Positions 30,437 through 41,352 are shown, counted from the stretch's first letter. The stretch: DNA of 64,000 bases from Candidatus Cloacimonadales bacterium (GCA_963662275.1 OY759316.1:3872001-3936000); one strand, 5' to 3'. Notes: generated by a model not told the origin, from the letters alone. Made by a program: numbers and translations.

Positions 30437-33400
30437 GGGGTTAATACGACTCTAAATGTTCTTATTTCAAATGGTTTGAACTTAAGCAAGACAGAATTTG
30501 TTTGTTTTGAAATAGATATTAAGTTATTTTCCAAAAGGTCTGTTTCGAAGAGTTCAATCCAACTAAAAGGCATGCTGAATTCAGTTGTGACATTACTTCC
30601 CCTTGATTCGTAAAATCTCATAATAATGCCATTACCGTCCTCAGCATGCTTCATAGTCTCAATCTTTATAAAATGATTGGATATCTCACAATAACTAAAT
30701 CTTGAAGGCTCTTTTTGCTTTACCACCGGATGAATGATCGGCTGTGAATTCAGATTATGAGCCATCTGCAAAGTATCAGACTGATTTAATAAACCTTGAT
30801 GCGGATAATAGGCATACACAAAATGATGTGTTCCTCTGTCCGCTTCGGCATCTGGACTGTTCGGGCTACGTAAAAGATTCAGCTCCATGATGTTCCCATG
30901 AATGGAATAGCCATACTTACTGTCATTCAGTAAAGCTAACCCCATATCTTCTTGTGAAATATCAGCGAACCGATGGGCTGGTACTTCAAACTTCGCCTGT
31001 TCCCAACTCGTGTTCAGAGACGTGGAACGCTTAATAGTTCCATATTGTATTTCATATGAAGCTTCCGATGAAAGAATGTTCGTTTCAGCACTAACTCGAA
31101 GCATTTTCTGTTCCTCTCGCCATTCAACCCAATTCTCAATATTAATCATTTTTGAATTACTTTGAACAGATATTTGCTGTTTAATTGTTGAATGACCCAC
31201 TATAAAGTGCTGTTCCAGGCAAACATAGAAAGGTGCATTAACAATGATGTTTCTGTGAGTTAGTCTAGCTTGTTCCGGTATCGTTTCTCTGTAGTAATGG
31301 TTGATATCCCAGGCTTCCCAGTTATTGGGAAGGTCTTCCCACATTTGGAGGAGATTGGCTTTGGAAGATAACAACTCAGTGTTCAGTTCCTTATCATAGA
31401 TGGAAGAGATAGAACCATCATCAGCGAATTGTACATGAATCAGGGAGTTGGAGAGGGAAGATTCGGAAACAGAGCAGATACCCGCTGAAGTGGGTGCTAC
31501 ATTACCTCCTGAAGTAGGCGCTACGTTACCCGCTGAAGTGGGTACTACGGGATGTACTGAAATAGTCTCATACCCCATGGGAGGGATAGTGACAAGACAG
31601 AGCAGTTTGTCATCTACAATTGCAGAGGGAAGAGGATTGCCTTCTGAGTCATGAGCGATACCTTCACTGATGGGAAGGGTAATCACTTCCTGTCTTTCCC
31701 AATTGAGAGTATTATAAATCATGAAAACATGAGGCTCGTCAATACTTTCATTGTTTAGTAAATTCAACTGAATTGTTTCCAATCTGGTTAGATTGGCTTC
31801 CAATACTGCATGAGCTTCTTTGTATACCCGATTGATAGAAGAACCGGGAAGAATATCATGGAACTGATGAAGCAATGTATCTTTCCAAATAGGTTCTAAC
31901 TCTTTGTTTACATTCTTTCCTGCCATCACTGATAGGATTTCAACATCGCGGAGTTTCAGTTCAGTCTTGCGATTGAGCATCTTCATGCGTGCCTGGGTTG
32001 TATACGTGCCGCGATGCAATTCAAGATAGAGTTCACCTACCCAAGTTGGCAATTGGGAAGCAGGTATTTGACTTATCTTTTCAAAGAATTCAGAAGCAAA
32101 GGCAAACTTGAACTTGGGGGTACCTTCCAAGTCCTGCTGACGTAGTCCCAGTTCAATGTGTTCTCTCGAAGGTCCACCCCCGCCATCACCAATACCATAG
32201 AGATTGAGAAATTCATCTGATATATCAGATTGGGCATAACGCTCTTCAGAAGCGATCATCTGGTTGGGCATGTTGGCTAGGTTGTAGTCATTTGTGGGAA
32301 GGAAATGCGTGAGGATGGAAGTGCCATCAATACCCTGCCAGTTGAATGTATGATGCGGGAAAGTGTTGAATTCATTCCAGGATATCTTCTGCGTCATGAA
32401 GTAATCCACACCGCATTTCTTCAATATTTGGGGTAACGCTGCTGAGTAACCGAAGACATCCGGCAGCCAGAGATTGTTGACATCCACACCGAACTCATCC
32501 ATGAAGAAGCGCTTGCCATATAGGCATTGACGTACAAGAGATTCTCCGCCTGTGAGATTCATATCCGCTTCCACCCACATGGCTCCCTGGCATTCCCATT
32601 TTCCAGCTTTAACGGATTGTTTGATTCTATCGTAAAGAAGCGGATATTTATCTTTCATCCATTGGTATAATTGGGGTTGGGAAGCACCAAACTTATACTC
32701 AGGGTATTCTTCCATCAATTGCAGGACAGTGGAGAAAGTACGTCCTCCCTTTCTCTTCGTTTCATCGATATGCCATAGCCAGGCAAGGTCAATATGGGCG
32801 TGTCCAATGGAATAAGCAGTGGTGCTACTCTCATTGGCTTTCTTGCTGAGAAGGCCAGAACTGATCTTCAGGCAGTTTTCGATTCCCTTGCCATCCTGCC
32901 AGAGATTGCAGATTTCATTCAGACCTTTTATAATCTTCTGCCTTCGGGGTTGTCTTTCCGGAAGTGCTTCTGCCAAAGAAAGAAGGGTTCTTACATCAAA
33001 GTCCAACTTCCACACTTTCCTATCGATCCAGGCAATTTCAGCCTGCTGCAGACGGAAGTCTTTCTGGTTCGCTCCAAACAGTCCATTGGCAGCAGCTTCC
33101 ACCAACAGTTCTATATTCTCATTTCCCTGTGCAGGATTGAATAAAGGCACCATATTCTTGATGGCATTCGTCATCCAATCCACTTTGTTGGTTAGACCAT
33201 ACATGGGGCTTCCATCCTGGAAAACACAACCTTCTGAGCCTAAATCTATCAATGCAACGGCTTCCTTACCGGCAAACGAAGGTGGAATACTACCATTGAA
33301 TTTGAACCAGGCTGAACCCCAGACCTTACCCCATTCCTCTCCAACCTTGATTTCTTTGAACTCAAGATTATTGATATTCTCATATGGAATTGGTTCAGAA

Positions 33401-33507
33401 TCATAGGAATAGACTGCACTTAAAGGCTGTTTGTCCCGGTAAACATAAGTGATGAGTTTATCGCTAAATCTCTTGATACGTGTTAAATACACTTTCTCGT
33501 ATTGCAT
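30397..33507 (-). CDS. GH38 alpha-mannosidase with in-frame REP triplet
   Basis: GHAHIDLAWLW, WLPDVFGYS, GDGGGGP, GELYLELHRGTYT, QFHDILPGSSI. Confidence 0.95.
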   Translation of the reverse strand: MQYEKVYLTRIKRFSDKLITYVYRDKQPLSAVYSYDSEPIPYENINNLEFKEIKVGEEWGKVWGSAWFKFNGSIPPSFAGKEAVALIDLGSEGCVFQDGSPMYGLTNKVDWMTNAIKNMVPLFNPAQGNENIELLVEAAANGLFGANQKDFRLQQAEIAWIDRKVWKLDFDVRTLLSLAEALPERQPRRQKIIKGLNEICNLWQDGKGIENCLKISSGLLSKKANESSTTAYSIGHAHIDLAWLWHIDETKRKGGRTFSTVLQLMEEYPEYKFGASQPQLYQWMKDKYPLLYDRIKQSVKAGKWECQGAMWVEADMNLTGGESLVRQCLYGKRFFMDEFGVDVNNLWLPDVFGYSAALPQILKKCGVDYFMTQKISWNEFNTFPHHTFNWQGIDGTSILTHFLPTNDYNLANMPNQMIASEERYAQSDISDEFLNLYGIGDGGGGPSREHIELGLRQQDLEGTPKFKFAFASEFFEKISQIPASQLPTWVGELYLELHRGTYTTQARMKMLNRKTELKLRDVEILSVMAGKNVNKELEPIWKDTLLHQFHDILPGSSINRVYKEAHAVLEANLTRLETIQLNLLNNESIDEPHVFMIYNTLNWERQEVITLPISEGIAHDSEGNPLPSAIVDDKLLCLVTIPPMGYETISVHPVVPTSAGNVAPTSGGNVAPTSAGICSVSESSLSNSLIHVQFADDGSISSIYDKELNTELLSSKANLLQMWEDLPNNWEAWDINHYYRETIPEQARLTHRNIIVNAPFYVCLEQHFIVGHSTIKQQISVQSNSKMINIENWVEWREEQKMLRVSAETNILSSEASYEIQYGTIKRSTSLNTSWEQAKFEVPAHRFADISQEDMGLALLNDSKYGYSIHGNIMELNLLRSPNSPDAEADRGTHHFVYAYYPHQGLLNQSDTLQMAHNLNSQPIIHPVVKQKEPSRFSYCEISNHFIKIETMKHAEDGNGIIMRFYESRGSNVTTEFSMPFSWIELFETDLLENNLISISKQTNSVLLKFKPFEIRTFRVVLTPWSSTCLDRLKIN

Positions 33508-33522
33508 GAAAACCTCTTATAT

Positions 33523-33574
33523 TGTAAAGTTTACTTTAGGAAACTGGATGTAAAGTTTACTTTAGGAAACTGGA
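33523..33574. repeat. 26-bp tandem duplication
   Basis: TGTAAAGTTTACTTTAGGAAACTGGA twice between permease and mannosidase. Confidence 0.8.
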
Positions 33575-33605
33575 ATATTCATGACCCTAAAGTGTCCTTT
33601 ACAAT

Positions 33606-35900
33606 CTACTTTTCTGTAGGTACCACAATGCCCTTGATAATGATATTCTGGAAGAATGCGAACACGGCAAACGTGGGGATGGCTGCTAGCACCAGCGCGG
33701 CATAACCCACACCCGGACTGCTGTTCTGCATTAACTGATAAATATGCACCATCATTGTCCACATCTTTTCATCCTGGCAGACAATAAAGGCGAACATGAA
33801 GTTACGATAGGCATCGTTAAAAGCACCCAAAGCAATCACAGCCATGATGGGTTTCGACAACGACATGGCAATCTGCCAGAAGATTCTGAACTCTCCGGCT
33901 CCATCCATGGTCGCACTTTCAAACAGCTCTTTGGGCAATGAATCAAAGAAACCTTTGAGAAGAAAGATGAAATAGCCGTCTGCTGCTGCCGGTAAGATCA
34001 AAGCCCAGAAAGTATTGAGTAAATTCAGATGTTTCAGCATAAGGAAATTAGGGATTCCCATCACCATAGGAGGGAATGCCATCGTCAGCATGAGCACAAG
34101 TAGAATCTTGTATGTGGAACGCATCTTATAGCGGCTCATAGCATACGCAGCAAGGGGATTGACGAGTAAGGCAGTGAATATTGCCAGCAGGCAATAGATC
34201 AGCGTATTCAGGATAGCTCTGCCATTATAGAGCATCAGATCAAGTACCTTTTGGTAATTACGCTTGGTCATTTCCCAAAAGATATCACTCTGGTGATCTC
34301 TGAAAAGAAAGTAATCGATGTTCCAATTATCTAGCGGAACTGTTTCAAATGACTGATATTCAAGATGATATGCCTTTCTTAAAGAAGCTATATCCTTATA
34401 TTTGGAAGAGATATATGCTTGCCATTCCTTTTCTGCTAAAAGTGATAGTTTCAGATATTTCCCATCAACCTTTTGTTTCACGAATATCAGCCAGATCATC
34501 TTGTAATCTTTATTCTCAGGCAAAGTGGGACTGGGATAAACATCGATTTCCTTTTCATACTGAGTGCCTAAAGCATTATTCATGGCAGCTACATCCAGTG
34601 TGCTATCTGCTCCAGGATACAGCGTTTTCAGGAAGGAAATATATTCCGTTTGTGATGTGGTTTGCACACCAAGATACTTCTCATCCATTTTATGATGAAC
34701 AAAATCAAGCCAGTCCCGTTGAAGAGCGATATTGTCTTCGGGCATTGTTTCTGAAAGTCTGAATGAAGAAAAAGAAGGATACAACTGATCGAAGTATTCA
34801 CGATTCAAAGCTGTGATATCCCTGTATTTATTCTTCAACCAATCCCTATAGGCAAACTCAACACTCTTGATATAGAGTGCATTCTCAGGAGCAATGTTTT
34901 CTATGAAGAATATCCAATCCACCATTAAAGCACCGGTGCGAGGAAGTACCTTCGGTATCTCTAAATCAGTGTAACTGCTGTAACTTGAATGATAGGTCGT
35001 ATTCAGAAGTGATATATCACCATATTTATCTTTTAAATAACTACGATACAGCCCCACAGCACTCGCATCCACACCAATGTGATGAACATTCTGCACTTTC
35101 CGAACATAATGAAGCCAATATGGTTTTAGTGCGTCATTAGGTACACGGCGACTGAGCGTAACATCATTCCAGGATACAAAGCCCGTACCCAGCTTTTCAT
35201 TCATAAAGGCTAGATTCTCTCCATATTCCTGGAAAAGCTCTGATGTGATGAAATTACCATCAACACTGGAGTAATCCCTTTGCCAGATCGGCACAGAATG
35301 ACGGAAGCGCTCGAAACCGCTCAACAAGCCCATGTATTCCCCTGTGAAATTACGGAACAGCGGGTCTCTTTCCTCTATTTTCACCTCATCCCATGAAGAA
35401 GCCTGGGATTTATATCGTTCATTGAAGCGTTGCAGGTCACCCTTGTTTTCCTTCTTCATTATATTACGGAATGCACGTTCATTGCGGGTATAGATGCCTT
35501 TGCTGAAATGCTCCGCCACGAGATAATTGAAGATCGTATCTCTTTCAGGATATTGGGTAATGAATTGATTCCAATCATCATACAGAGGCTTGTTAGGCGA
35601 AACAGGGAAAGTCAATTGCGCAAAAGAAGGAAATCTGCCTCTATACTGATCCTGGAAGAAGGATGAATTCTCGTTATCTCTCGATTCCACATACTTTTTA
35701 AAAAGCACTTCATCATCCCTGAAATACTTGGGAAGAAGGATGAATTCACTTGCATCTACATTACTTCTAAATGAAGATGAGATCATGATCATAAAAGGAT
35801 AGATCATGGTAATGGCACCCAGCAGCAGTATCACATGGATGGACGTATGCAGCGTCCTGCCTTTCCAACTGCGGGTTCCCACTTTACCGATTATTGGCAT
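33606..35900 (-). CDS. Carbohydrate ABC permease (MalG-like) with ~500-aa repetitive periplasmic insertion
   Basis: N-terminal TM and C-terminal MalG core with ELFESATMDGA EAA loop. Confidence 0.88.
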   Translation of the reverse strand: MPIIGKVGTRSWKGRTLHTSIHVILLLGAITMIYPFMIMISSSFRSNVDASEFILLPKYFRDDEVLFKKYVESRDNENSSFFQDQYRGRFPSFAQLTFPVSPNKPLYDDWNQFITQYPERDTIFNYLVAEHFSKGIYTRNERAFRNIMKKENKGDLQRFNERYKSQASSWDEVKIEERDPLFRNFTGEYMGLLSGFERFRHSVPIWQRDYSSVDGNFITSELFQEYGENLAFMNEKLGTGFVSWNDVTLSRRVPNDALKPYWLHYVRKVQNVHHIGVDASAVGLYRSYLKDKYGDISLLNTTYHSSYSSYTDLEIPKVLPRTGALMVDWIFFIENIAPENALYIKSVEFAYRDWLKNKYRDITALNREYFDQLYPSFSSFRLSETMPEDNIALQRDWLDFVHHKMDEKYLGVQTTSQTEYISFLKTLYPGADSTLDVAAMNNALGTQYEKEIDVYPSPTLPENKDYKMIWLIFVKQKVDGKYLKLSLLAEKEWQAYISSKYKDIASLRKAYHLEYQSFETVPLDNWNIDYFLFRDHQSDIFWEMTKRNYQKVLDLMLYNGRAILNTLIYCLLAIFTALLVNPLAAYAMSRYKMRSTYKILLVLMLTMAFPPMVMGIPNFLMLKHLNLLNTFWALILPAAADGYFIFLLKGFFDSLPKELFESATMDGAGEFRIFWQIAMSLSKPIMAVIALGAFNDAYRNFMFAFIVCQDEKMWTMMVHIYQLMQNSSPGVGYAALVLAAIPTFAVFAFFQNIIIKGIVVPTEK

Positions 35901-35910
35901 GAGCCCCTCA

Positions 35911-38367
35911 TCATTTCGTTGTATCCACGGTGCGGAATTCCATTCTCGACAGCATCCGCAACTGAATAACCGTAAAGCCGATGAGCATCATGCCCAGCAT
36001 CCACGCCATGGCTGTGGCTATGCCAAAATCAAGATATAAGTACGCCTTTTGGAAAATAAGCAGGTCAGCAACCTGTGTCGCATCGTTCGGACCGCCGAAT
36101 GTCATGACGAGTATGAAGCCTGACTGCTGTGCTGCTGCTATAAAGGCTGCAATGAACTGGATAATTAATAGAGGTTTTAAACTTGGAATGACTATGTACC
36201 TGATCTTCTGCATGAAGGAAGCACCGTCGATATCCGCAGCTTCGTAGTTTTCATCAGGAATGCCTTTCAATGCTGCCAAATAGATAAGACAACCCGGTCC
36301 CACACCAGCCCAAATGGTAGGCAGAACACAGCAAAGCATTGCCAGACTTTCGTTTTTAAGCCATTCACTCTTGCCCAGACCAAGATGTAATAGGATTTGA
36401 TTGAATCCACCGGCATCGGAAGGATCGAAAAGCAGCTTCCACAGATAAATGACGATCACACCGCTGATCACAGCCGGCAGATAGTAAATCACTCGATAGA
36501 TGATCTTCCCTCTCGGTACTTCCTGCAATAGAATGGCTAGCATGACAGGCGGAAAGAAACCCAAGCCGAGACTGAGAACCATATAATACAGCGACTTCCC
36601 AAGTGCTGACCACCAGATAGGATCGAAGAGGATATCTGCAAAGTTCTGGAGACCTATGAATGTGGAAGGTCCCACGATCTTGTAATCTTCAAACGCCATG
36701 ACAGAACCCATCAGCATGGGCACGTATTTCCAGAGAATAATGGAAGCCAGCGCAGGAATGAGCAGCATCCAGGCAAACCAGTATTGATTTTTCTTTCCCT
36801 GTTGCTGTTCAACAAGCACTTTCGGAGTAAATATCTGCCACATGCGATAGATACCCCAAATGAATGCCAGGAGTACAAAGATAGCAGCCAGTGAAGCAAC
36901 CCTGTTCCGCTTCATCCGTTCAGCAGGCGGTATTTTGCCTATCATCTTCTGATTGGTGGTTTGAACTGCCTTGTTCAAAATCCTTTGCATCAAAGCATGT
37001 TTTTCAGTCTGTGTTTTACCCAATTGTCCTTTCGTTTCCAGAGAAATGATCTCATCCAAGGGCTTTGTCATATATTCATAAACCTTCTGGCAATTATGAC
37101 CAAAAGGCTCAGGCTTCCCATTCTGTAATGCTTCTGTAAAGGTATCTATCCAGCCCGAAGGACAATAGCGAAGGTACTCATCATAGCCATAGCGTTTCAG
37201 ATAAATCGGATTCAGCATCTTGCCGTAACCCGATTCGATCATGACTTTCATCCGTATCTGGCGCGCTTCCTCACTATCCCAGAACCAGATGAACTTCCAG
37301 GCTGCATCTCTCACCTGCTTGGCATCACGATGCCCAAGTCCGGCATTGTTGCTTACACCTGCCCCGGAAAAGATACCCATCATGCGACAGTTCAGCTCAG
37401 AACCGCGTTGTCCTGTCGGACCTATGGGAGGTGGAGCAACCCCATATAAATTCGGGTCAAGCGTACCACCCAGGCTCTGTTCGGTCATGTAATTCATGCG
37501 CATGCCGATCTTGCCTTCTTCCCAAAGCTTGCCGTAATCCCCTTCCCGAATTGCAAAACCTCGCTGTTCCTTCCCGGAAGGGTCATGCCAGACGGTCGTA
37601 AGCAGCTTTAAATACAAATCCATGGCATTGATAGCAGCTTTATCGTTGAATGTAGCTTTCCAATCACCTGTCTTTGGATCCTGCTTCACTGCATCACCAC
37701 CGGCACTCCATAAGTAAGTGATCCAGTCATAGGCAGCCTGGGAACCACCTGCCAGGAAGATACCGTAGGTTCCTTCCGAGGGAATGGTCATGCGTTTGGC
37801 ATAATCCACCAGTTCAATCCAGTCCTTGGGAGGTTTATTCGGGTCGAGACCGGCTTTCTTGAACAAGTCTTTGCGATACATCATGACACGCACCAGCGTC
37901 TCGTAGGGAAGCATCCAGACATGTTCTGCCTCGTTTCCCTTCCTGCGCCTGATCACTTGCCAAACGGGCTTTTCTACGCGCAGATCGATAGCATTCGCGT
38001 CTTGCTGCTTCATATATTCGTCTAAGGGATAAAGAAAATTGTTTTGAATATAGGTATCCGATTGCCTGAAGTTCACATAGATCACATCGGGTGAAACACC
38101 ACCGGCAATAGCCATCAGCGGTCCAATATCCAAATCGAGGTTCTCAATCTTCAAACCGGAAAAAGAACGCAGTTCTATGTGGGGATACTTCTTTTGAAAA
38201 GCATCGATCACTGCTAAATTTGCTTTGGTAAAACTGGTGGCATTGCGAGGGTCAGGGAATTCGAATATCTTGAGAACGACCTTGTTTTCTGCCGATAACA
38301 TGGATGCGATGATCAGCAGAATGAACAGGAACAGGCATCTCAACCGTTTATGCATCCAAACTCCCAT
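35911..38367 (-). CDS. Fused sugar-binding protein / MalF-like ABC permease
   Basis: SBP motifs PDV, YRKDLFKKAGLDP, PPKDW; C-terminal permease with YEAADIDGA. Confidence 0.88.
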   Translation of the reverse strand: MGVWMHKRLRCLFLFILLIIASMLSAENKVVLKIFEFPDPRNATSFTKANLAVIDAFQKKYPHIELRSFSGLKIENLDLDIGPLMAIAGGVSPDVIYVNFRQSDTYIQNNFLYPLDEYMKQQDANAIDLRVEKPVWQVIRRRKGNEAEHVWMLPYETLVRVMMYRKDLFKKAGLDPNKPPKDWIELVDYAKRMTIPSEGTYGIFLAGGSQAAYDWITYLWSAGGDAVKQDPKTGDWKATFNDKAAINAMDLYLKLLTTVWHDPSGKEQRGFAIREGDYGKLWEEGKIGMRMNYMTEQSLGGTLDPNLYGVAPPPIGPTGQRGSELNCRMMGIFSGAGVSNNAGLGHRDAKQVRDAAWKFIWFWDSEEARQIRMKVMIESGYGKMLNPIYLKRYGYDEYLRYCPSGWIDTFTEALQNGKPEPFGHNCQKVYEYMTKPLDEIISLETKGQLGKTQTEKHALMQRILNKAVQTTNQKMIGKIPPAERMKRNRVASLAAIFVLLAFIWGIYRMWQIFTPKVLVEQQQGKKNQYWFAWMLLIPALASIILWKYVPMLMGSVMAFEDYKIVGPSTFIGLQNFADILFDPIWWSALGKSLYYMVLSLGLGFFPPVMLAILLQEVPRGKIIYRVIYYLPAVISGVIVIYLWKLLFDPSDAGGFNQILLHLGLGKSEWLKNESLAMLCCVLPTIWAGVGPGCLIYLAALKGIPDENYEAADIDGASFMQKIRYIVIPSLKPLLIIQFIAAFIAAAQQSGFILVMTFGGPNDATQVADLLIFQKAYLYLDFGIATAMAWMLGMMLIGFTVIQLRMLSRMEFRTVDTTK

Positions 38368-38423
38368 GGCAATGACTTCGAAAAGAGAGCAAAGAGAGAC
38401 GCTAGTTTTGTAAAGAAAAATTT

Positions 38424-38526
38424 ACCTCCCTAACCGAGGGGGGATAAAAGGGGGGTTGTCTTCTATTAACCACAAAACAGACGAAAAGAAGATTTATTAT
38501 GTAGGGATAGACCCATGTGTCTATCC
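38424..38526. repeat. C/G-run REP (family D) and family A GTAG REP
   Basis: CCTCCCTAACCGAGGGGGGATAAAAGGGGGG matches 25591-25625 in reverse; family A copy at 38501-38526. Confidence 0.8.
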
Positions 38527-38544
38527 TCTGAAGTATATCATCAG

Positions 38545-40405
38545 GAGACTGTTCATGAAGTTATTCATAATATTCAATAAGTTAGAAAGTAGCAAGTTGA
38601 AAAAAGTGGTCGAAACGGTCATAATTTAACATACCTTCCAGAATTGACAGATAAGCTCTGCTAAGGACACCAAATCACAAGTTAAGCTTTTTGACTAAAA
38701 TTGAAAAACACGCGATTATAAGTAATGTTTCGAAGCCGTTTCTGACTAAATGTGTAGTTAAAATCATATAAAATAGTTCTTTACAAGTTTTTTGCTATAG
38801 CTTCAATGGCATTTGTTACCTGGTAACAAAAGGGAGGATATTATGACAAAAAAACACTCCAATTCAAGAAGCGGTAAGTGTTAGTCATGAAAGTAACCAA
38901 TACCATGTAAGTATTAACGTACCATTTTCATTCACTTTGCCTGAGACAACATCAAACCACAAGTTCTTAATAGCGTTTCTACGCTTATTAGTAGGAATAG
39001 GCGGAGACAACCTCCTTACACTTCAGCAAATAGCTGATCTGTTTAACTACGCAGACCGCAGGAATGTACATAATTTCTGGCAAGAGTTTGAGCAGCATGG
39101 TCATGATATCCTGGCATATTTAAGCCGGAAAGTTGACCTGCTGGAGTGTATTCCTCAGATCGAGAATTTTGTTATCAATAACCTGCTTTTACCTTTAAAT
39201 GTCATGTATCAGGAGTTCATCAGCCATCATGATTTTAAAATGTCCTATACCACTTTCTGCAAATATGCTTCTCAGGTCAATTCTCTGTCTGTAGTTAAGC
39301 AAGCTCAGAAGCTTCTTCTGAAAAAGACAGTAGGCGGTGATGCTGTACATCTGCTGAAACTGCTTGCCGGTCAGCAGAATACACCTGTTATCTGTGACAG
39401 ACTCCTGGAACAAATGAAGACTGCTAAAGGCAATACATCCCATAGAACCGCCGATGCAAAGCCGTTCCATAGTCTGGAACGCAAGAACCTGTGTCTGCTG
39501 GTACATTACCTGGTTGGAAGCGGTATGAACTTCGAGACGATAGCTTTGCTGCTCAACACCTGTAAAGCTACAGTCTCAAATCTCTGGCATGAAATCGCTG
39601 ACCTGCAGAGCCTGATTCTGAACTCAATCGGTAAGTGGAGCGGAAAGATCAGCATTGATGAGAAATATGTGAAGATCAAAGGTATTCCGTACTATGTCAT
39701 CAGTATTGTTGATTTTGTGACTCACATCCCTCTGTTTTGTGAGTTGTATCCTGACACAAAGAAAGAATCATTCGAAGCATGTTTCAGAACCTTCAGACAG
39801 CTCTACAGGAAAGATCCAACCCTGATTGTCAGTGATGGCAGTAAATCGTTAGCAGTTGCAAGAAAAACAGTGTTTCCAAAAGTCCATTACCAACTCTGTA
39901 AGTTCCATAAGATACGAAATCTCTTCAAAAGAATCAGTCAATGTCATCTCCCTGAAGACAGGGACAAGTTCTTTAAGAAGAGGATTATGAAAGCTTTCCG
40001 AAGAGAAACGGCGGGCGGAAGGAAAAAGGGTATCGCAAGCCTGACAGCTATTACTCCCCCAACCGCCGCCGAATACATCAAAAGCAATATCATTAGTGAT
40101 TGGAGACACCTCAGCAAAGGTTTGACTTCCAATGTCTCTGAACGCTGGAACCGCAAAATCAAGAAGGTGACATCCGGTAGATTTGGACTAAAATCTGAAG
40201 AAACCACCCGCAACCTTGTGTTTTCGCTTTGGTTCAAAGAACTGGTCGATAAAGGTCAACCAATCATGCGTCAGGAATCACTTTTAGCAAGTTTAAATAT
40301 CTCCCGCATATGTCAAGAAAATGTGGATTGGTCGCACTTAGACCACTTTTTCTCTGTCACTACCAATAAGGCTGCGTAAAATGGAGGTTAATTTTGAACA
40401 GTCTC
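38545..40405 (+). mobile_element. Insertion sequence, 1861 bp, IS256/Mutator-like DDE type
   Basis: TIR GAGACTGTTCA at both ends; 8-bp TSD ATCATCAG at 38537-38544 and 40406-40413. Confidence 0.92.
38843..40379 (+). CDS. DDE transposase; RBS-linked ATG is out of frame by one base at an A7 run
   Basis: IDEKYVK, IVSDG, QLCKFH, SNVSERWN; main frame open from 38847. Confidence 0.85.
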
Positions 40406-40503
40406 ATCATCAGGGTTTGAGCGGATAGGTAAAATCTACTTGACTACATTCCTTACCAATAATACTAATATTTGTGTAAATTCATTTTGAGGAGGGAAAT
40501 GCA

Positions 40504-41352
40504 ATGACAAATATAGACAATTACAAAGAGATTATCTTTGAAAGCCTGAAACAAACTAATGAATTTGGGTCTGACTTCTGGTTTGCCCGTGACTTAGCAA
40601 ACGCCTTGGATTATTCACAATGGCGAAATTTCCTGAATGTCGTGGATAAAGCAAAGGAAGCATGTGAACACAGTCATAATCATGTACCTGACCATTTTGC
40701 TGATGTCAGCAAAATGGTACAACTTGGTTCTGGTTCTTTAAGAGAAATAGACGATCTTATGCTGTCCCGTTATGCTTGCTATCTTATTGTTCAAAATGCC
40801 GATCCAAGCAAGGAAATTGTCGCATTGGGTCAGACATATTTTGCATTAAAAACCCGTGAACGTGAGATTGATGAAGAGTTCAAGCAATTGTCGGAAAATA
40901 AAAAGCGAGTTGCGATTCGTCATGAACTCAGGGAGCATAACAAACAATTGGCAGATGCTGCCAGGAATGCAGGAATTGAAGATTCAATAGATTATGCAGT
41001 TTTTCAAAATCATGGTTATATGGGCTTGTATGGCGGGTTAACAGCAAAAGATATTCACCAAAAGAAAGGTTTGAAGAAAACGCAGAAAATACTTGATTAC
41101 ATGGGAAGTACAGAACTTGCAGCTAACCTTTTCAGAGCAACTCAGACAGAAGACAAACTGAATCGGGAACAGATCAAAGGGAAAGAAAAAGCAAATGAAG
41201 TACATTTTCAGGTTGGAAAGAAAGTTAGACAAACAATTCAAGAATTAGGCGGAACAATGCCTGAAGAGTTGCCAACTCCTGAAAAATCAGTCAACCAAAT
41301 TGATTCTGAAAGTAAAAAAATAGATCAGAAGAATAAAAAAAGAAAAACTTAA
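40504..41352 (+). CDS. dinD: DNA damage-inducible protein D (BRO-N domain)
   Basis: WFARDL, LSRYACYLIVQNADP, FQNHGYMGLYGG, MGSTELAANLFRATQ, GGTMPE. Confidence 0.93.
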   Translation: MTNIDNYKEIIFESLKQTNEFGSDFWFARDLANALDYSQWRNFLNVVDKAKEACEHSHNHVPDHFADVSKMVQLGSGSLREIDDLMLSRYACYLIVQNADPSKEIVALGQTYFALKTREREIDEEFKQLSENKKRVAIRHELREHNKQLADAARNAGIEDSIDYAVFQNHGYMGLYGGLTAKDIHQKKGLKKTQKILDYMGSTELAANLFRATQTEDKLNREQIKGKEKANEVHFQVGKKVRQTIQELGGTMPEELPTPEKSVNQIDSESKKIDQKNKKRKT

